A stretch of 64,000 nt of DNA, taken from the NCBI GenBank assembly GCA_016935525.1, contig JAFGQU010000004.1, positions 1,314 to 65,313 on the forward strand, written 5' to 3'. A program made the position numbers and the translations under genes. Position 1 is the first letter of the stretch. Every line of letters begins with the position of its first letter. The notes under the pieces are model-generated. The model searched no databases, was not told the origin of the DNA, and was given only the letters and a program-made list of their open reading frames with translations. The stretch comes from Candidatus Omnitrophota bacterium. Lineage in GTDB: Bacteria > Omnitrophota > Gorgyraeia > Duberdicusellales > 4484-171. Positions 9,222-17,706 of the stretch are shown one piece after another.

Positions 9222-10663
9222 CGATTCTCCTGTCTCTCTTTTTCACCAAACGCGAAAGGTATCATCGTTTCTTTAAGGAGGATCTTCAGTTTCTTTAGAC
9301 CTCCGTTTTGATCCAAATAATATATATATCCGTCCTCATCGGAATAAAAGATATCGGAATTATTCTGAGCTCTGACGATATATTCGAGGTGGTGCTTTTC
9401 GTCCGACATCAATTCCAGTAAAAACAACCGGTCTCTCTCCCGGTAAAGTATATGAGTCCCGTTATGCACCCAAAAACATTGAGCGATGTTCCGGCCGCCG
9501 CTATAGACTAACCGCACCGAAACCGGATACTGGAATAACGATTCGCTGTCATCTTCACCGGTGAAATCGGCGACCCAGATCGTATCGTTCGTCCAATAGA
9601 GAAGACGTTTTCGCTGTTTATTATAATCCACTCCTTTCACCCCTTCCTCAGCGAGGATATGCGGCGGAATCGTTACGATCAAATCTCCTTTATCGCCCCA
9701 AAACAGAAACACATCGTTATCAAGAAACCGTACCCGGTAAGACCGTGATGTATCGAATATTCTTTCTCCGAAATATTTACCTTCAAACAGTACCGTAGAC
9801 AGCTCAAGGTCTACTGTCGTTCGTAAAAAAGAGTTGTTTTTCTCCAAGACATACAGCCATCTTCCCGAAGCGCCGAACCCTTTCATCTCATTGATAAAAC
9901 GGGGAGACAACGACATTTCCCGGAAATTCACGCGGTTCACATACCCGTTATACACCGCGAAACAATCTTCCTCATCCAAAACCCTCCACAGAAATCTATC
10001 GGGTTTCTCGGAGATAAGTTTCGTAATATCTACGGGTTCTTTTTCCCCTTCGGTGAGATCGATCAAATAAAACTTTTTATCCCACAACGACCCGCCGTAC
10101 ACGATGGCACTTTTTCCGCCTCTTAGCAAGTATAGTGAAGATACCGCAAAATCCCGAGTCGGTGCGTATTCATTCGTAAAAGAAACAACTTTCTCTTTTT
10201 TCCGGTCGAAACCATAGAAATCTTTAAGCTGGGCTCCTTTTTTCAGTATAACTCCTCCGCTTTCCGGAAAAAACATCAGGCTTGCGTATTTCGATTCCGA
10301 AGAAAGTTCCTGCGGTTCCCATACCGCGGGAACAAGAAGGATATTATTAAATGCCGATGCTTTGCCTTCTTCAATCGTCACCCGATGCCGCCAGGGACGA
10401 AACCCTTTCAACCGGACCGTTACTTTATATTTTCCGGGAAGCAGTTCGGTAATTGAGGTAGGGGTTTTATATCTAAACCGGCTGTTTTCCAGATATACAT
10501 CGGCTCCGGAAGGGATTGTCGCCAGATGAATCAGGCCGGTATGGGAGATCTCTTTCTTTATAGGGTGGAGAATATATCCGAACGAATAAAAAATGATGAG
10601 AGGGCAAAGTATGCAATATGCCGCTAAGAAAACATAAAAAGTGATTTTTCGCGCGATAAACAT
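9218..10663 (-). CDS. Membrane-anchored periplasmic protein with a PEGA domain and a large beta-rich domain. Putative co-polymerase partner of the GT2 synthase (BcsB-like role).
   Basis: N-terminal TM helix. The PEGA-like segment is IPSGADVYLENSRFRYKTPTSITELLPGKYKVTVRLKGFRPW. About 380 aa of W/Y/F-rich repeats follow. First gene of the three-gene operon. Confidence 0.5.
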   Translation of the reverse strand: MFIARKITFYVFLAAYCILCPLIIFYSFGYILHPIKKEISHTGLIHLATIPSGADVYLENSRFRYKTPTSITELLPGKYKVTVRLKGFRPWRHRVTIEEGKASAFNNILLVPAVWEPQELSSESKYASLMFFPESGGVILKKGAQLKDFYGFDRKKEKVVSFTNEYAPTRDFAVSSLYLLRGGKSAIVYGGSLWDKKFYLIDLTEGEKEPVDITKLISEKPDRFLWRVLDEEDCFAVYNGYVNRVNFREMSLSPRFINEMKGFGASGRWLYVLEKNNSFLRTTVDLELSTVLFEGKYFGERIFDTSRSYRVRFLDNDVFLFWGDKGDLIVTIPPHILAEEGVKGVDYNKQRKRLLYWTNDTIWVADFTGEDDSESLFQYPVSVRLVYSGGRNIAQCFWVHNGTHILYRERDRLFLLELMSDEKHHLEYIVRAQNNSDIFYSDEDGYIYYLDQNGGLKKLKILLKETMIPFAFGEKERQENR

Positions 10664-10765
10664 TTATTCCCGTTCTCCTAAATGACCTCCCGCCCTAAAC
10701 GTTATGCCATTATACCAGAACGGGAAAATTTGATAAGAAAAACAGGGGGGCAAATTGCCCCCTGT

Positions 10766-11074
10766 TCAATGGACAGATATTTTTCGGGCATGCAGGAAGC
10801 TTTTTTCCACGGGTGCGGTTATTCTAAGCATGCCGTCCCGAAAATCGGCATCTATCCTTTTGGTATCTACCTCTTCGCAAAACCGGTAGCAGGAATCAAA
10901 AACCAAGTCCTCCTTTTTCGCTTTCAGGCAGAACCCGGCTTTTCCGGCATCCAACACGATATCTCTTTTTCTCACTCCGGCCAGATCTATCTCGGTAGTA
11001 ATGGTGCTTCCTTCATCGCTGTAATACATGTCTACCGGCGGACACATATGAAATTCTATCTTTTCTCTTTTCAT
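10766..11074 (-). CDS. Hsp20/alpha-crystallin family small heat-shock protein.
   Basis: IDLAGVRKRDIVLD and FRDGMLRITAP are the alpha-crystallin domain hallmarks. Confidence 0.55.
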   Translation of the reverse strand: MKREKIEFHMCPPVDMYYSDEGSTITTEIDLAGVRKRDIVLDAGKAGFCLKAKKEDLVFDSCYRFCEEVDTKRIDADFRDGMLRITAPVEKSFLHARKISVH

Positions 11075-11358
11075 ACCCCCCTCCTTTTACGCCTTGCATC
11101 TTCTTAAATAGCCTCTCCCCCTTTTTTATTTAGATAAGGGAAATCGAAGAAAGTTTCAAATAAAGACGGTATTTCCAGGGAAATCAGGAAGGGAAAAAGA
11201 ACGGGCATACTGCGGTCAACAGGTAAGACGGAATGCGCCGGCTATTTTTCTGCCGGTTTTCACGCGTTCATTAAAAAGAGAAACTGCCGTGGCGTGTCTG
11301 TTTTTTTTCACTATAAACTCACGGCCGACGATTATCGACTATTCGGGCGGGATCAGGG

Positions 11359-11787
11359 TTAAACCGTTTTAATCCATCCCTCGATTGTTTCCTTGATTTT
11401 ATCTCTTACGATCCTGGTTTTCGCTAATTTTTCCTGGGGTGAACCCTGAAAACTCGAGGGATCGGCGAATCCCCAGTGAAGCATCCGGAGCGTATTAGGA
11501 AAAATCGGGCATTTCTGCGACTGCGATTCATCACATACGGTGATGACGTAATGGTACCGTTTACCCTGTTTGTAGAAATCGAACGCGCTTTTGGTCTTAT
11601 TCCCGGAAATATCGATGCCGATCTCTTTCATGACCTCGACCGCTACCGGGTTCAACCTACCCGGTTCAAGGCCGGCGCTTTCGACTTCAAACCGGTCGCC
11701 GGCAAGCTGTTTTAAAAAAGCCTCCGCCATCTGGCTGCGGGCCGAATTATGCACACAGACAAATAAAACCTTCAATTTATCACTCAT
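11359..11787 (-). CDS. arsC: Arsenate reductase of the LMW-PTP/thioredoxin-coupled family.
   Basis: [15 protein letters not shown] contains the CX5R P-loop. Downstream cysteines are in the expected context. Confidence 0.85.
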   Translation of the reverse strand: MSDKLKVLFVCVHNSARSQMAEAFLKQLAGDRFEVESAGLEPGRLNPVAVEVMKEIGIDISGNKTKSAFDFYKQGKRYHYVITVCDESQSQKCPIFPNTLRMLHWGFADPSSFQGSPQEKLAKTRIVRDKIKETIEGWIKTV

Positions 11788-11805
11788 AAGATCTCCTCCT
11801 TCTTT

Positions 11806-12015
11806 TTATTTAATGTACAATTCGGTAAGGATAAACATTAATAACGCTATAATAGATAATATTCCAACAACCAGATATCCTTGAACCAGATTATCTTTAA
11901 TTGGACACTCGCATTCTTTATTGTCACATTTTCTGGATTTCCACATAAAATACCTGTAAATGCCCAAGAAAAAAAGAACAGATACGACGGATTGAATCAA
12001 TATTTTAATATTCAT
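11806..12015 (-). CDS. Small two-TM membrane protein with an inter-helix Cys cluster (CDNKECECP), sitting in the ars operon.
   Basis: Internal start MNIKIL is preceded by GGAGG 8 nt upstream. The longer track start at 12036 is less likely. The Cys-rich loop lies between two hydrophobic helices. Confidence 0.35.
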   Translation of the reverse strand: MNIKILIQSVVSVLFFLGIYRYFMWKSRKCDNKECECPIKDNLVQGYLVVGILSIIALLMFILTELYIK

Positions 12016-12157
12016 GGTTCTGACCTCCGCTAACATGGTTACCTGTACTCGAGATAAAAAGACAACAAGGTCCCGACTTGCCTCGTTCAGGAGAAGACAG
12101 CAATGCAGACACTAACAACCCCGCCACAACAAGGATGTATTTAAACCACATTTTCAT
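12005..12157 (-). CDS. Small (50 aa) secreted or membrane peptide with a signal-peptide-like N-terminus and a CC motif. Below the ORF-track size cut-off.
   Basis: Translation is [50 protein letters not shown]. It lies between ACR3 and the small membrane protein and overlaps the latter out of frame. RBS is weak. Confidence 0.2.
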   Translation of the reverse strand: MKMWFKYILVVAGLLVSALLSSPERGKSGPCCLFISSTGNHVSGGQNHEY

Positions 12158-12179
12158 GTTTAAACCCCGTTAGAGAATT

Positions 12180-13364
12180 TCATCTTCGAGCGTTGGTCTT
12201 CTCTAACGGGGTAAACCAATATTGTGTATTAAGACAGAATTTAACAAGCATCAACATTACCGGAACCTCAATGAGAACCCCAACTACGGTCGCCAGAGCC
12301 GCTCCGGATGACAGGCCGAATAACATTGTCGCGGTAGCGATAGCAACTTCAAAATGGTTGCTTGCCCCGATCATGGCCGACGGCGCCGCGTCTTCATAAC
12401 TCAATTTTATTTTTTTCGCCAGCCAGTACGTAATCGCGAATATTAAACAAGTCTGTATAAAAAGCGGTATCGCGATCCACAATATCGTCAACGGTTGAGA
12501 AAGGATAATCTCACCTTTAAACGAAAATAAAAGGACAAGCGTTACCAATAACGCTGTTATTGAGACCGGCGCGAGAACGTGCAGGAACTTCTCGTTAAAC
12601 CATTCAATCCCTTTAGAACCGATGATCCATTTTCTTGAAAAATAACCGGCGATAAGCGGCAGCGCGACATAAATCGCGATAGACAGCAACAACGCCTGCC
12701 AGGGAACCGGCATACGCCCGATTCCAAGAAGAAAGCCTCCCAGGACACCGTACAGCAAAAGCATTGTCAAAGAATTGATCGCGACCATGACCAGAGTATG
12801 TCCGTCATTTCCTTTGGATAAATATCCCCACACCAGCACCATCGCCGTGCACGGCGCGATACCAAGCAAAATACACCCGGCAAAATAACTTCGCCATAAC
12901 GGGACCTGTAGCATTTTCATCCCTTCATGAAAAACTACTCTTCCTGAGCCGTGAATAGAGCCCAGGACCCAATCCGCGCCGGGAGGAAGTTTCACGAAAT
13001 CTACCGCTTCCGGTCCGATCAGGCCTTTAAACAATACCCCCAAAAACAAAAACGCGATACCGTACATGGTAAACGGCTTTATCGCCCAGTTCACAAATAA
13101 AGTCAACCCGACCGGCTTCGGGGATTTTCCCGCTTTGATGACTTCCGCGAAATCAATTTTTACCATAATGGGATACATCATAAAAAACAGACATACTGCG
13201 ATCGGAATGGAAACCACCGGAGCGCCGCTCACATTTATGGCAAAGCTATCAAGCGCCTTAGCAACACCGGGTGCCATTTTCCCCAGCAGTATTCCGGCAC
13301 CGATGCAGGCAATCACCCATACGGTCAGATATTTCTCAAAAAACCCTAAACTTCTTTCAGCCAT
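12180..13364 (-). CDS. acr3: Arsenite efflux permease of the ACR3 family.
   Basis: [10 protein letters not shown]-terminal signature. Ten-TM profile and the correct length. Confidence 0.85.
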   Translation of the reverse strand: MAERSLGFFEKYLTVWVIACIGAGILLGKMAPGVAKALDSFAINVSGAPVVSIPIAVCLFFMMYPIMVKIDFAEVIKAGKSPKPVGLTLFVNWAIKPFTMYGIAFLFLGVLFKGLIGPEAVDFVKLPPGADWVLGSIHGSGRVVFHEGMKMLQVPLWRSYFAGCILLGIAPCTAMVLVWGYLSKGNDGHTLVMVAINSLTMLLLYGVLGGFLLGIGRMPVPWQALLLSIAIYVALPLIAGYFSRKWIIGSKGIEWFNEKFLHVLAPVSITALLVTLVLLFSFKGEIILSQPLTILWIAIPLFIQTCLIFAITYWLAKKIKLSYEDAAPSAMIGASNHFEVAIATATMLFGLSSGAALATVVGVLIEVPVMLMLVKFCLNTQYWFTPLEKTNARR

Positions 13365-13661
13365 TTACTTCTCCTTAAATTTACAACAACCGCCTTCAAT
13401 CTTTATTGCCTTAATATTCACTAACGCGTCGGCTATTTTTTTATGCGCTGATTCTAATATACGGGATATGGTTGAACGATGAACTTTCATCTTCTTTGCC
13501 ACTTGCATTTGAGTTAAACCTTCAAGATGAGAAAGCCGTATCGCTTCAAATTCGTCTATTGTCATATACACACCATCTAATTTATTCAAAGGTTTACACT
13601 GGGGACGAAAACACCTCTCTCCCGGCTCGCATTTCACCCATCGTGTTTTTTTCGGCCTCAT
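13365..13661 (-). CDS. DUF134/UPF0251 predicted DNA-binding protein with an N-terminal Cys motif. It occupies the regulator position of the ars operon.
   Basis: MRPKKTRWVKCEPGERCFRPQCKP..LTQMQVAKKMKVHRSTISRIL shows the sigma-70 region-4-like HTH typical of DUF134. Its stop abuts the ACR3 start. Confidence 0.6.
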   Translation of the reverse strand: MRPKKTRWVKCEPGERCFRPQCKPLNKLDGVYMTIDEFEAIRLSHLEGLTQMQVAKKMKVHRSTISRILESAHKKIADALVNIKAIKIEGGCCKFKEK

Positions 13662-13787
13662 CGGTCACCTCCTATAATGCACATATGTGCATTATAGTTT
13701 AATACCCGCGCCCGGGACCGTCAATAGAAAATCCTCATTATTTTTTTCGGCCAAAGAAAGATCAATGAATAAATTTTGGGCAGGATT

Positions 13788-14423
13788 TTAATAGGTACGC
13801 TTAAACTGAATCATGTAGCTGTGCCCCAGATCAGTGATGCCGGTCTTTTCAAAGCCATACTCTTTCATAGCTTTTTCGACTTCTTGAGGCGGCACGCGTA
13901 TCTCAAGGGGCGGGCCGAACCCGGTTTCTTCTTTTTTAAACTCGATAATCGCAAGCTTACCCCCGGGTTTAATGATCCGGACGAGCTCATTTAACAGGGT
14001 ACCTGTATCTCCGGATAAATCTAATCCGTGAAGGACCTGGGCGATAAAACATACATCGATACTTTTATCCTCAAACGGCAAGGAAGAAGATATATCCGAC
14101 GTTATCCCTTTTACATTATGCAATTTCGCAGTGTGAGCCTTGCCGGTTACGATCGCAATCACTTCTTCCCACTGATCGAGAGCATATACCGTGCCGGAAG
14201 GGCCGACGATCTTTGCCGCTTCCAGTGAATAATCGCCCGCGCCACACCCCAGATCAAGAAAAGAACATCCTTCTTTAAGAGCAAGCGCAGCAAAAACACG
14301 TTCAGTATCGTACCGATTGAAACTGCTTATCCCCTGTTTCTGCCGTTCGATACCGCCGTGGTCGTGTTCGTGGCGAAGCCTGTTTTTATCTTTCATAGCA
14401 TCATCCCCCTCAGGTAACCGCAC
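13788..14423 (-). CDS. Class I SAM-dependent methyltransferase (type 11) with a His-rich N-terminus. First gene of the ars operon.
   Basis: Motif I is LDLGCGAGDY. The N-terminus carries HEHDHGG. Not a canonical ArsM in length or Cys pattern. Confidence 0.6.
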   Translation of the reverse strand: MRLPEGDDAMKDKNRLRHEHDHGGIERQKQGISSFNRYDTERVFAALALKEGCSFLDLGCGAGDYSLEAAKIVGPSGTVYALDQWEEVIAIVTGKAHTAKLHNVKGITSDISSSLPFEDKSIDVCFIAQVLHGLDLSGDTGTLLNELVRIIKPGGKLAIIEFKKEETGFGPPLEIRVPPQEVEKAMKEYGFEKTGITDLGHSYMIQFKRTY

Positions 14424-15177
14424 CTGGCAACCTACGCGGTTGCCAGGTAATTACTCATCATCAACATCAAAAATAAGACTTTTTATTTTTGCTAACTCCC
14501 GCTGATAAGAAATCCTGTCTGCAACGAAATCCCGATATATTTTGGGACACATCTGAAATAAATCGCTGTATTCACAAATTTTTTCCGTATCCTTATCAAA
14601 AGCGATATATTCCCTATACGAAGATGGTTCCCATTCACAAAGATTCTCTACAAGACAAGCTGTCGTCGGATTGAGATGGATATACCGGGTTAAATGCAAC
14701 AATTGTTCATCGTTTTCTACTAAAACTTTTTTGAAACGACTTTCCCATAGTGGCCCTTTTCTATTATGTTTTGTATTAAAATAACGCGTATAGCTGTTAA
14801 GAATATTATTCATAAAATTTGATATTCCGTTATCTGCCACTTGTTTCAGTATTAAATGGATATGAGTAGGCATAAAACAATAAGCAATAATCTTTACTAT
14901 TTTTTTGTGAGCATCAAGTATCTCTTTGTTTCTTTCCGTATCATTTGCCGCGCGATTGAACTTGCTAAAACTAATAGCTCTATGCTGATATCTATAATAT
15001 CCTATCATTCTCCTCATACGCAGGTAATCACACTCATTATGGAATATTTCGAATTTTGCAATAGTGCGTGAATATACATGATATATTTGCCCTGTCGTTA
15101 ACATTTCAACTTTGTTCGTACGCATTGATTGTGTCCTCTACTCACCTCTGGCAACCGCGTAGGTTGCCAGAGGTGAG
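14422..15177 (-). mobile_element. IS200-like/REP-associated tyrosine transposase (RAYT) element bounded by inverted REP-like hairpins.
   Basis: Hairpin 14422..14448 is acctggcaacc-tacgc-ggttgccaggt. Hairpin 15141..15177 is ctcacctctggcaacc-gcgta-ggttgccagaggtgag. They are mutual reverse complements and immediately flank the Y1 transposase gene. Confidence 0.65.
14451..15125 (-). CDS. HUH-Y1 transposase of the IS200-like family (RAYT-like, 224 aa).
   Basis: The HuH motif is HIHLIL. The catalytic Tyr region is RYIHLNP. YHVYSR and GPLWESRF are typical of PF01797. Confidence 0.7.
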   Translation of the reverse strand: MRTNKVEMLTTGQIYHVYSRTIAKFEIFHNECDYLRMRRMIGYYRYQHRAISFSKFNRAANDTERNKEILDAHKKIVKIIAYCFMPTHIHLILKQVADNGISNFMNNILNSYTRYFNTKHNRKGPLWESRFKKVLVENDEQLLHLTRYIHLNPTTACLVENLCEWEPSSYREYIAFDKDTEKICEYSDLFQMCPKIYRDFVADRISYQRELAKIKSLIFDVDDE

Positions 15178-15212
15178 TCAAAATATTTTCTCTCGTCTTT
15201 CTTTCTTTTGCA

Positions 15213-15255
15213 ATTAAAAAACCCCGGTTATGTTATATATAACCGGGGTTTATGA
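15213..15255 (-). terminator. Rho-independent terminator downstream of nikM/cbiM.
   Basis: 12-bp stem aaaccccggtta / taaccggggttt with a 9-nt loop, followed on the minus strand by TTTTAATT. Confidence 0.5.
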
Positions 15256-15271
15256 TATATTCCCGTTGTTT

Positions 15272-16171
15272 TTAGTAAGTCTTTACGGTCTCCAAACCGG
15301 TCAGCCCCTTCGCTACGAGCCAGGCAACGAGAAAGGTCAGAGCTACACCGATGAGTCCGGCAAGACCGGTCGCCAGCATCTCATTACTGATTGCCGAAAC
15401 AGTATAATCCGGCAGAGGGCTGACGAATGCCGGAGCAGATTCGTGGAGAAAACTGTATTTTTCCGCGACCCATTCCAGCCCGTCCGGCAGGCCGCTGGCA
15501 AACGGGCTTAACAGAGTTGCAATGATTCCCGATGCAATAAGCGGGACTGTAACCGACCGTCTTTGCGAAACCGCCGTTACTTCGAAACGTAACGCCGCGC
15601 ATACGGCGACAGTGATCAACGCTTCCCCTATACCGATAAAGGCGTGCGTCGAAAGCATCGCGCCGGCAACCTGGAAGAACCCGATCGTTCCGGAAAGAGC
15701 AAGTTCGATACTGCAGACCAGAGCGGCAAGCATCACCGCACACCACGCCGCTATACCTACGCGCGCAACACTGTCTCGATTTCTGTTCAATGCCGCGTAG
15801 ATCAATCCGCCTAACCCGGCGCCGATAATCGCCATGTTAAGGATATTCGCTCCCAGCACCGTAAATCCGCCGTCGGCAAATACCAGGCATTGAATAGTTA
15901 CCACAAGCGCCATCGAGAGTACCCCGAACGGGATTCCCAACAAACTTGAAGCCAGTACTCCTCCCAGCAGATGGCCGCTCGTTCCGCCGTTGATCGGAAA
16001 ATTCATCATCTGACCGGCAAAGATCAACGCGGTAATCGCGGCAAACTTAGCGGACTGCGGTTTCGTTTTTGACCGAAACGCGAAGAACGCGGCCAGACCG
16101 ACTCCCAGAGCGCTGACTACGGCCGTCACCGGACAGATCGTTCCGTTTAACATTTCATTCGGTATATGCAT
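15272..16171 (-). CDS. cbiM: ECF-type Ni/Co transporter substrate component CbiM/NikM, possibly an M-N fusion.
   Basis: The N-terminus MHIPNEML matches the MHIxDG-type CbiM start. About eight TM helices. NikR lies nearby. Confidence 0.7.
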   Translation of the reverse strand: MHIPNEMLNGTICPVTAVVSALGVGLAAFFAFRSKTKPQSAKFAAITALIFAGQMMNFPINGGTSGHLLGGVLASSLLGIPFGVLSMALVVTIQCLVFADGGFTVLGANILNMAIIGAGLGGLIYAALNRNRDSVARVGIAAWCAVMLAALVCSIELALSGTIGFFQVAGAMLSTHAFIGIGEALITVAVCAALRFEVTAVSQRRSVTVPLIASGIIATLLSPFASGLPDGLEWVAEKYSFLHESAPAFVSPLPDYTVSAISNEMLATGLAGLIGVALTFLVAWLVAKGLTGLETVKTY

Positions 16172-16198
16172 ACCCCACCTCCTTTAATTCCACATGGT

Positions 16199-16939
16199 TC
16201 ATAATGCAATAGTTATCCCGTAGGTAACTTGTAAATCGAAATCGGCACGGGACATTCCGGTACCCACGCCAAGGTCCAAAGTTATCGTGTCGGCAATCGC
16301 ATAATTGAATCCGAACAATATCGCGCACACATTATCATTAAACTCTCTTTTTAATACGGTTTCTCCGACAACTTCACCGACAAGATTGAATTTCTCGTTT
16401 AACGCATATTCGAACGCCAATCCATACGTAAAGCCGTCTTCATTATCCTCTTCCTCGAAATCCTTGCGAAACGCGTATCCGATATTGAGATGCGCGGTGA
16501 ACGGTTCAAATGTTTTTGAAAAAACGCACGCGAGCGAATATTCCGGCCTCCCGGCCCCCACTCCTCTTTCATCGTTTCCCGATTCCGACATATACCCAAA
16601 CACCAAAGCACTATCGGGAAAGGACCCTTTCTCTTTTACCAGGTTCCATTTCAGAGACCCGCCCACGTCCGCAAACCCGTCGGAGTCACTCTCTTCTTTC
16701 GCATCGATAAAGATGTAAGGAACCTCCACCGCCGCGTCCAGGGTATCCCCCACGCCGAAGGTCAAAACAAGACCCATCTCGGTTTCATTATCAAATCCCT
16801 TGACATGTTCGATACCATATTCGATCTCAATATTTCCTCTGCCTACCGTCCCGGCATCGTTGACCGATAACGGCCGGGCCGCAAAGACCGTAACAGGAAA
16901 TATAACCGTCCCCACGATTATACTTACCATCTTTTTCAT
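16199..16939 (-). CDS. Small outer-membrane beta-barrel protein with a signal peptide, sitting between nikR and nikM.
   Basis: Signal peptide MKKMVSIIVGTVIFPVTVFA. Alternating amphipathic beta-strand pattern rich in G, Y, F and D. Confidence 0.4.
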   Translation of the reverse strand: MKKMVSIIVGTVIFPVTVFAARPLSVNDAGTVGRGNIEIEYGIEHVKGFDNETEMGLVLTFGVGDTLDAAVEVPYIFIDAKEESDSDGFADVGGSLKWNLVKEKGSFPDSALVFGYMSESGNDERGVGAGRPEYSLACVFSKTFEPFTAHLNIGYAFRKDFEEEDNEDGFTYGLAFEYALNEKFNLVGEVVGETVLKREFNDNVCAILFGFNYAIADTITLDLGVGTGMSRADFDLQVTYGITIAL

Positions 16940-17098
16940 CCTTCCCCTCCTTGTTGTTACCTTTTAATAAATCGTAACACCTAAAATCAAAAAAAATTAG
17001 CTTCCCCTCTGTGCATACAAACACGGCTCTCTCAGTCGAGGAAGCTTCGTTGCAATCAAGTTATTTCGGCCATGCGATAGATGAGAAAGAACTCACAA

Positions 17099-17512
17099 TT
17101 ATTTGCCCGAATATACGCCACTCGCCACCAACTGTCCATGCTTCATCCCTTTTATCCCGATCAGTTTATCGGCCAGTTCTTTTAACTTCCTCGCTTTACC
17201 TTTTAACGCGATGATCTCCAGACAATTATGATGGTCAAGATGGACATGCTGGACCGACAATACCAGTTCCTGATACTGGTGCTGGATATCGATCGATCTG
17301 TTCAGAAGGTCTCGTTTATGATGATCATAGACCAGGACTGCACATCCGGCAACTTCCCGGTTATGTTCCCAGGCTAAAGATACGAGGTTGTTATTGATAA
17401 GAAAACGTATCGCCTGGGACCGGTTGGGGAATTTATGCCCGGAGACGAACGCGTCAAGTTTTTTTAACAGGCCCTCTTCCAGCGATACTCCGAATCTTTT
17501 TACTTTTTTCAT
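17099..17512 (-). CDS. nikR: Nickel-responsive regulator NikR (ribbon-helix-helix plus metal-binding domain).
   Basis: MKKVKRFGVSLEEGLLKKLDAFV..RSQAIRFLI is the RHH signature. The C-domain carries His/Cys residues HHxR..H..H..C. Confidence 0.8.
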   Translation of the reverse strand: MKKVKRFGVSLEEGLLKKLDAFVSGHKFPNRSQAIRFLINNNLVSLAWEHNREVAGCAVLVYDHHKRDLLNRSIDIQHQYQELVLSVQHVHLDHHNCLEIIALKGKARKLKELADKLIGIKGMKHGQLVASGVYSGK

Positions 17513-17611
17513 AGTAATATCTTTTTTAAAATAGTAACACTATAAAGATTTGTGTCAAGGAGAATCTCTCCCGTCATACGTACTGCGCCGTGAGTATCGC
17601 ATATGTGATGC

Positions 17612-17704
17612 GGTCTTTGGTTTATCGTCTCTGGTCTTTAGTCTTTGGTATATAGTTTTTCTCTTGTTTTTCCACTAAATACTGTCGACCATAGACTAAC
17701 GACT
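17612..17704. repeat. Cluster of TAGTCTNTGGT-family short repeats: three tandem direct copies plus one inverted copy. Includes a 20-mer identical to 51093..51112.
   Basis: Direct copies gtctttggt (17613..17621), gtctctggt (17628..17636) and tagtctttggt (17640..17650). Inverted copy accatagacta (17690..17700). The segment tcgaccatagactaacgact (17685..17704) is the exact reverse complement of 51093..51112. Confidence 0.6.
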
Positions 17705-17706
17705 TT

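Noticed and set aside
10682-11107. 141-aa plus-strand ORF.
   Set aside because: It is entirely antisense to the Hsp20 gene, which has clear alpha-crystallin motifs, and it has no motif of its own.
11075-11358. CIRCE/HrcA operator or terminator near the Hsp20 gene, specifically the GCCGGC-T-rich hairpin at about 11231..11262.
   Set aside because: No TTAGCACTC-N9-GAGTGCTAA element is present. The hairpin has only a 5 to 6 bp stem, and on the arsC strand it lacks a T-run. The evidence is too weak.
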